From positions 1-40,406 of the forward strand of contig QIKG01000097.1 of NCBI GenBank assembly GCA_003232965.1: DNA of 40,406 nt. Direction: 5' to 3'. Under the pieces are notes generated by a model. That model made no database searches. It worked only from the letters and a program-made list of their open reading frames with translations, and was not told the DNA's origin. This stretch comes from Oceanospirillales bacterium. GTDB taxonomy: Bacteria; Pseudomonadota; Gammaproteobacteria; Xanthomonadales; SZUA-36. Below are positions 35,840-40,406 of this stretch, in pieces. The stretch's first letter is position 1, and each line of letters begins with the position of its first letter. A program made the position numbers and the translations under genes.

Positions 35840-36802
35840 ATGCCTGATAAAAACTTAATATTTTTAATATCACTACCTAGAAGCGGCTCAACTTTAACGC
35901 AAAAAATACTTGGGGCTAGCTCTGATATCTATACTCGGTCTGAACCCTGGCTTATGCTTGCACCCTTATATGCTTTAAAAAAAACCGATTGTATTGCTGA
36001 TTACAGCAAACCACTTGAGTATACTGCCACACAAGATTTTATATCTCACCTACCTGGCGGGGGCAGAAAAAAATATATTGAACATATCCGCAATGCTTAT
36101 ACCTCAATATATTCCGAATATTCGAGCGCGTATGGTAAAAGATTTTTTTTAGACAAAACCCCCAGATATTACCTTATTGCGAATGAGCTCAAAGAGGTTT
36201 TTCCAAACGCTAAAATAATCATACTCCTTAGAAACCCGCTCGCAGTAATGAGTTCAGTTATTAAAATCTGGGCAAATAAAGATTTAACACGGCTTGCTAA
36301 TTTCAAAATTGACTTAGTCACTGGTCTCGATATTCTTTCAAAGCTAGTCGCAATAAAAAAGAATGATTTCTTTTTTTTACGCTATGAAGATATTTTATCT
36401 GATCCGGTAAATACTTTCCAAGAGGTGTTTAACTATTTGGGAGTAAAATTTAATCAAAACATCCTTACTGAGTACAATAATAGTGATGATGAAAAATGGC
36501 CTTATGGTGACCCTCACAAAGTATATAAAAGAAAAACTATTGATACAGATAATGCAATGAAATGGGTTGATAATTTAGATGACCCGCAGCACTGGCGACT
36601 GCTTTATGATTATCTTAATTATATTGGTAAAAAGAGGTTTGAGTTACTTGGGTATGATTATGAATCAGCCTCAAAAACACTAGTGTCAAACATGCCTTGT
36701 TCATGCATTCGAGAGCTTGAAGACAACACAACTTCATTATATGAATTTTTGGGAATACCAACCGATGAGATAGGTAAAGAAATCGTTGATCAACAATCAT
36801 AA
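35840..36802 (+). CDS. sulfotransferase
   Basis: LIFLISLPRSGSTLTQKILG is the 5'-PSB motif and IIILLRNPLAVMSSVIK is the 3'-PB motif. Confidence 0.8.
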   Translation: MPDKNLIFLISLPRSGSTLTQKILGASSDIYTRSEPWLMLAPLYALKKTDCIADYSKPLEYTATQDFISHLPGGGRKKYIEHIRNAYTSIYSEYSSAYGKRFFLDKTPRYYLIANELKEVFPNAKIIILLRNPLAVMSSVIKIWANKDLTRLANFKIDLVTGLDILSKLVAIKKNDFFFLRYEDILSDPVNTFQEVFNYLGVKFNQNILTEYNNSDDEKWPYGDPHKVYKRKTIDTDNAMKWVDNLDDPQHWRLLYDYLNYIGKKRFELLGYDYESASKTLVSNMPCSCIRELEDNTTSLYEFLGIPTDEIGKEIVDQQS

Positions 36803-36871
36803 GCTGGTAACACGGTGTACTACATACAACTGCAGGAGGCCGCTTAAACGACCATGCAACTGACTGTTCCT

Positions 36872-36901
36872 TTAAGCATGTGGATGCTTAATTGCTTGGT
36901 T
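36872..36901 (+). terminator. weak candidate terminator hairpin
   Basis: TTAAGCAT-gtgg-ATGCTTAA (8 bp, AT-rich) followed by TTGCTTGGTTT, 70 nt after the stop at 36802. Confidence 0.25.
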
Positions 36902-37000
36902 TAGAGTAACCAAATTTCTTGAGGGTGTAATTTAAACTATGTTGACACAGAATTTTGAACGCCCTCTTCTAGTCGATGGATTCATTTAATAAATAAACCA

Positions 37001-37579
37001 CTACAGGCATTCAAATTTATAGTTAAACAAGCAAATGTCGTCTGAAAACACCTCCGCCACCCTTTCCCTGCTTCTATCATTATAGTATATCGCAAAGGCT
37101 TCATGCTCAGTTTTATTTACGTGGGGTAACAGTAGTCCCTGCAGGCCTAACAGATCACATATTCCGCTAAAGTCTCTTTCAAGATTTTCCATCCTAATAA
37201 TGCGGTCAACCCCGACTTCTCCGTCTAGATAAAGCATCTTCGAACATGAGTGCTTAATCATGTAATCAACGAACGTGTCGTCATTAAGGTCCGACCAAAG
37301 ACGGTCTTCGAACTTGCCGGATGTTCTCTCCCGCCTCATGTCCCGGTATTTTACCCATGACACCACTCTTTCCCACGGGTTTCGGACGATTGAGAAGCTA
37401 AAATAAGCTGCATACTTTGCGGGGTACTTTTTCTTGATTTCTTTCACACCCCAATGCTTTTCCGTGTGCCCACAATAGGTAGATGTGTTGAAAGGCCCGC
37501 CAAGTAACAATGTTTCCACACTCTCACCTGCACACTTAGGTACATGAATAAAAATACATTTGTAATCGTCGGAAATCAT
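37001..37579 (-). CDS. sulfotransferase family 2 (Sulfotransfer_2-like)
   Basis: Motifs CIFIHVPKCAGESVETLL and FSIVRNPWERVVSWVKY. The start is chosen at ATG 37577-37579 (MISDDYK); the track ORF extends to 37639. Confidence 0.75.
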   Translation of the reverse strand: MISDDYKCIFIHVPKCAGESVETLLLGGPFNTSTYCGHTEKHWGVKEIKKKYPAKYAAYFSFSIVRNPWERVVSWVKYRDMRRERTSGKFEDRLWSDLNDDTFVDYMIKHSCSKMLYLDGEVGVDRIIRMENLERDFSGICDLLGLQGLLLPHVNKTEHEAFAIYYNDRSRERVAEVFSDDICLFNYKFECL

Positions 37580-37792
37580 GGGGTTGTGAAACAAAAATTC
37601 ATTACAATAACCGGTATCAACAAAGGGCAATAAGGGCACAGGTTTATATTACGGAAGCAACGGGTTCTTACGCTCATCAGGATAGACCTGCGTCCAATTA
37701 TAATTAATTAGTTCAGCGTTTCGCTTACGTCCATATATTACTTGAATTCATATAAAACAAAAACAAATATATTTGTACCCCCATAAAACAAA

Positions 37793-37811
37793 CCCCGGCT
37801 TTAAGCCGGGG
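37793..37811 (-). terminator. intrinsic terminator for the 37863-38651 gene
   Basis: CCCCGGC-tttaa-GCCGGGG GC-rich hairpin. On the minus strand it is followed by TTTGTTTTAT. It lies 52 nt downstream of the stop codon. Confidence 0.65.
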
Positions 37812-37862
37812 AATATTTTAATCTAAAACCACCCAAAGATGGTTTTTTATAGTTCAATTACA

Positions 37863-38651
37863 TTATTTTAGGGATGTCAAAATACTTTTTCCCTTTTGTG
37901 ATGTAATCAGTTGATTCACTAACTGCTCCAGCTGATCAACTCTATCCAGCTTGTCTTGTAGTAAGCTGACAGCCTTTAATAACTCCCTATGCCCATTGAT
38001 CAGTGCCTGATTATCCTTATTCAACTGATCAATGTAGATGTGTGCCTTTTCCAGCTCTTCTAGCATGCCCATCTGGTGGCCCACCAGATTAACCGGGCCC
38101 TTCAGACCTTTAGGTGCTTTTGGTAGCGACGGCAGATGTTTGTTCTGCCACATAAAGTCCGCGTTCTCTTTTATGGTCATTAGGTCATAACCTGGCTCGA
38201 AGACATAATCCGCATGCACTATAGAGCCATGCACCATAATGGAGCCTCTAACATCCAAGGTCGTTTCTTCACCAAAGTTGATTCCGCCTATACTGACCGT
38301 GCGCGGAGCCAGACCATTGGCACCGTTAATACCAATACGCAACATGTTGTTACCTGCACCATCATCAAACTTAAACGGTACTACACCAGCACCCGCCTCG
38401 CGGTTAGCTAAATTGAAACGGCCCGTATTGGGGTTAACAAAAACTTCCCAATTACCCGAACCAGGCCCGGTGTTGGTAAGACGAAAAGCTGGGCCAATGT
38501 CTTCAATATCTATTTGCGAATCCGGCGTAAAGGTGCCAACACCAACATTACCTAAAGCATCTACATGCATTTGCGCCTGCAGATTTGATGATAAGGCGAA
38601 CAAAGGCGCAACTAGCAGCACACCCAATACTTTATAGTTTAGATTTTTCAT
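37863..38651 (-). CDS. secreted protein of unknown function with a C-terminal coiled coil
   Basis: The signal peptide is MKNLNYKVLGVLLVAPLFALSSNLQA. It has a Gly/Asn-rich beta-like region and a C-terminal MLEELEKAHIYIDQLNKDNQAL..LDRVDQLEQLVNQL. It resembles uncharacterised tail-fibre-like proteins (from memory). Confidence 0.55.
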   Translation of the reverse strand: MKNLNYKVLGVLLVAPLFALSSNLQAQMHVDALGNVGVGTFTPDSQIDIEDIGPAFRLTNTGPGSGNWEVFVNPNTGRFNLANREAGAGVVPFKFDDGAGNNMLRIGINGANGLAPRTVSIGGINFGEETTLDVRGSIMVHGSIVHADYVFEPGYDLMTIKENADFMWQNKHLPSLPKAPKGLKGPVNLVGHQMGMLEELEKAHIYIDQLNKDNQALINGHRELLKAVSLLQDKLDRVDQLEQLVNQLITSQKGKSILTSLK

Positions 38652-38711
38652 AATATATCTCCAATTTTTCAGTTCTTATAGCTTAGTGTACAATAATTTG
38701 ACAGCAATTGT

Positions 38712-39767
38712 TCAAGGTGTCATATCCAGACAGACCGCGTAGGCAAAAGCCCGTGATGTGTTTCCATCACACTGTACCGCCCAGGTCTGAAAATCGGCAC
38801 CACCGTTATCCAGGCAGGCACCTGCTGCATTTGCTGGGCAAGTTTTGTGCATATGGTCACCAAAAAACCCACCAGCACGACAACGACCGCCGCCACCAAT
38901 TATTTTGTCACCCGCATCACAGGCCGCAAACTGCAACGCAACACGTGGGGCTGGCACATCGTTATCAACCGTGACTATATAAGTAGAGGGAAAAGCTGCA
39001 GGCGGTGGGCCCGGTACGGCTGCTGTAGTTTGCACGGTACCATCCGGAAATTTAAAGCCATCCTGCTGGGACTCAATAATACCAACCGCACTGATTTTTG
39101 GCGCCATTATCGGATTTCCGACAATAGCATTTACCTGTAAGCTGGCGAGCACCGTTGTACTCGGGATGTTTTCTTCTAATAATGTCAGTACAAATGAATA
39201 GTGGCCATCGGCATCCGGGTCAAAACCGGCACCATAATTTTCGCAGAGAAAACCAAAGCCGATATTTTGAGAAAACTGTAATAGTACAGCCGTATCCGGT
39301 ACCAGATCGAGTGGCAGAGTTGGCCCGTCAATAATGTCAGTTGCAGGGTCACAGTCAACTTTTACAGTAAGATTCACATCGCCCAACATTTCCGGTGGTG
39401 TGCCGCCGTCACCGATTGCAAAACCAAAATCAATATGTCCTTCAATATTCCAGGCAGCACGACCATCATTATTCGGATCACCGGCTGGTGACGGATAATC
39501 AGCCGTGCCTGGTGTTGGCGTTATTGGACCCACAAACCGCTCCGAAATTCTCCCTGCAATTTGCACACCCGGGTGATCACATACGGCGAAACTACCGTTT
39601 GAAATGCCCGACCCTCCAACTGGAAATATCGTTGAGCCGTCGGTTACTGTGTTGCTGTCGAAGACACTGGCATCTGTATTATATGTAACACCATCCGGGC
39701 AAGTTTGTGCGAATAAGCTCGGGCTGGCTATTAAAGCCAACGCTGTTAGAGCTAGTTTATATTTCAT
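38712..39767 (-). CDS. secreted Cys-containing protein of unknown function
   Basis: The signal peptide is MKYKLALTALALIASPSLFAQ. It contains FKFPDGTVQTTA, a motif recurrent in tail-fibre-like or lectin-like proteins (from memory), and a Cys-rich C-terminal module ending AYAVCL. Confidence 0.55.
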   Translation of the reverse strand: MKYKLALTALALIASPSLFAQTCPDGVTYNTDASVFDSNTVTDGSTIFPVGGSGISNGSFAVCDHPGVQIAGRISERFVGPITPTPGTADYPSPAGDPNNDGRAAWNIEGHIDFGFAIGDGGTPPEMLGDVNLTVKVDCDPATDIIDGPTLPLDLVPDTAVLLQFSQNIGFGFLCENYGAGFDPDADGHYSFVLTLLEENIPSTTVLASLQVNAIVGNPIMAPKISAVGIIESQQDGFKFPDGTVQTTAAVPGPPPAAFPSTYIVTVDNDVPAPRVALQFAACDAGDKIIGGGGRCRAGGFFGDHMHKTCPANAAGACLDNGGADFQTWAVQCDGNTSRAFAYAVCLDMTP

Positions 39768-39972
39768 GTTTTTCTCCCTTAAAAGTTGTATGTTTATTAG
39801 TAGCAGGCTACAATTCGATATATATTATATATAATTCCAAACACAAAAATCTCCAACAAAGCTTTAATGCCACTACACACCAAATCCTGATGCGTACCGT
39901 CAAAATTTGTCAGAAGTGCATTTATTGATTGGACTTTCCCCTAATACATACCCGTATTCAAAGTAGCACTAA

Positions 39973-40209
39973 TCATTTAATCTGTCAATAAAAAGACCTT
40001 GTCCGCTCAAGTTACATGTAACCGAAAATGCTCGAAATACAAAAAACCATTTCTGCCCCAGTATGAAGCTGGTGGAAAAGAAACGCATTAACTCAAAGTA
40101 CTACAAGAAATACGACTTTTCGCGCACGCCGTATGACCGAGTGATGGCATCAGGCTCTGTTTCAGAGAAAACTAGGGTTACCTTTTACCATGAGTCAACT
40201 CGGATATGA
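39973..40209 (+). pseudogene. C-terminal relic of a DDE transposase/integrase-core family gene
   Basis: The open frame reads ..NHFCPSMKLVEKKRINSKYYKKYDFSRTPYDRVMASGSVSEK... This matches the recalled C-terminal pattern NFFCPtMKL..K.R..S.Y.KKYD...TPYqRl..S of an integrase-core transposase family. No catalytic domain lies upstream. It is shorter than the ORF-track cut-off when counted from its ATG (40063). Confidence 0.45.
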
Positions 40210-40300
40210 AACGAGTCTCAAATAGTCCAAATTGTTCATAATTACTCGATGAGAACGATTATGACAGATTCAACAGTTGAGACAATGCAACACGCCAGCC

Positions 40301-40329
40301 AAAAAAAAGCCGGCCCTCGAGCCGGCTTT
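40301..40329 (-). terminator. intrinsic terminator (strong on the minus strand; possibly bidirectional)
   Basis: AAAAAAAA-GCCGGC-cctcga-GCCGGC-TTT. On the minus strand the GC stem is followed by T8. It lies 23 nt downstream of the stop of the edge gene. Confidence 0.75.
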
Positions 40330-40351
40330 AAATAGTATTGAAAGGTTTAGA

Positions 40352-40406
40352 TTATTTATTAAATACCGTCTGTACCTGTCCAAAAGTAGACTGATCAACA
40401 AGTTGC
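40352..40406 (-). CDS. 3' end of an unidentified gene entering from the right edge
   Basis: The minus-strand frame reads ..QLVDQSTFGQVQTVFNK, then TAA at 40352-40354, followed by the terminator. It is too short to assign. Confidence 0.3.
   Translation of the reverse strand, partial: QLVDQSTFGQVQTVFNK

Noticed and set aside
38214-39688. Several plus-strand ORFs (38239-38637, 38708-38974, 38847-39140, 39395-39688).
   Set aside because: All lie antisense to the two signal-peptide-bearing minus-strand genes. They have odd composition (His/Arg/Pro/Thr-rich), so they are shadow ORFs.
40254-40334. 27-aa ORF (MRTIMTDSTVETMQHASQKKAGPRAGFK).
   Set aside because: It runs through the terminator hairpin, is very short and has no support.
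1-40406. Scan for tRNA, rRNA, CRISPR arrays, integrase/att sites and known defence-system genes.
   Set aside because: None was recognised by eye. The only mobile-element trace is the transposase relic at 39973-40209. A tRNAscan/Infernal run would be needed to exclude small RNAs.

Overview
This looks like a gammaproteobacterial chromosomal segment; no tRNA, rRNA or CRISPR array was recognised by eye.

**Left ~9.4 kb (visibly GC-richer codon usage).** It holds LPS core and lipid A genes: an ELM1-like fragment, a zf-CHCC protein, a GT4, a WaaL-type O-antigen ligase, a WaaE-like GT2 and an LpxL-type acyltransferase. These are followed by tatD, a decayed galE relic and ugd-fcl-gmd. Five copies of a REP-like palindromic element punctuate this part.

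**About 9.4 to 37.7 kb (AT-richer, compositionally mosaic).** This is a glycan-assembly locus of the ABC-transporter (wzm/wzt) type. It encodes:
- an Fe-S, APS-reductase-type CysH and a very clear UDP-sulfoquinovose synthase (SqdB/SQD1);
- four SDR-type sugar-nucleotide enzymes;
- about seven glycosyltransferases, including a GT10 fucosyltransferase and a 1239-aa TagF-like/GT2 fusion;
- four sulfotransferases of three sequence types, one fused to a coiled coil built from 231-nt tandem repeats;
- a nested minus-strand operon: a YidC-P1-like secreted protein, a small membrane protein, a methyltransferase with an unusual N-terminal domain, and a membrane alkaline-phosphatase-superfamily enzyme.

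**Right end.** Two secreted proteins of unknown function, a transposase relic, a strong hairpin terminator and the last 18 codons of another gene.

**Main hypothesis.** The locus makes a heavily sulfated surface polysaccharide. It would contain fucose, possibly glycerol phosphate, and sulfoquinovose fed by a locus-private sulfite supply. Chain length would be set by a sulfotransferase-coiled-coil terminator analogous to WbdD.

**Limits.** All family assignments come from motif recognition by eye and from memory. No searches were run.
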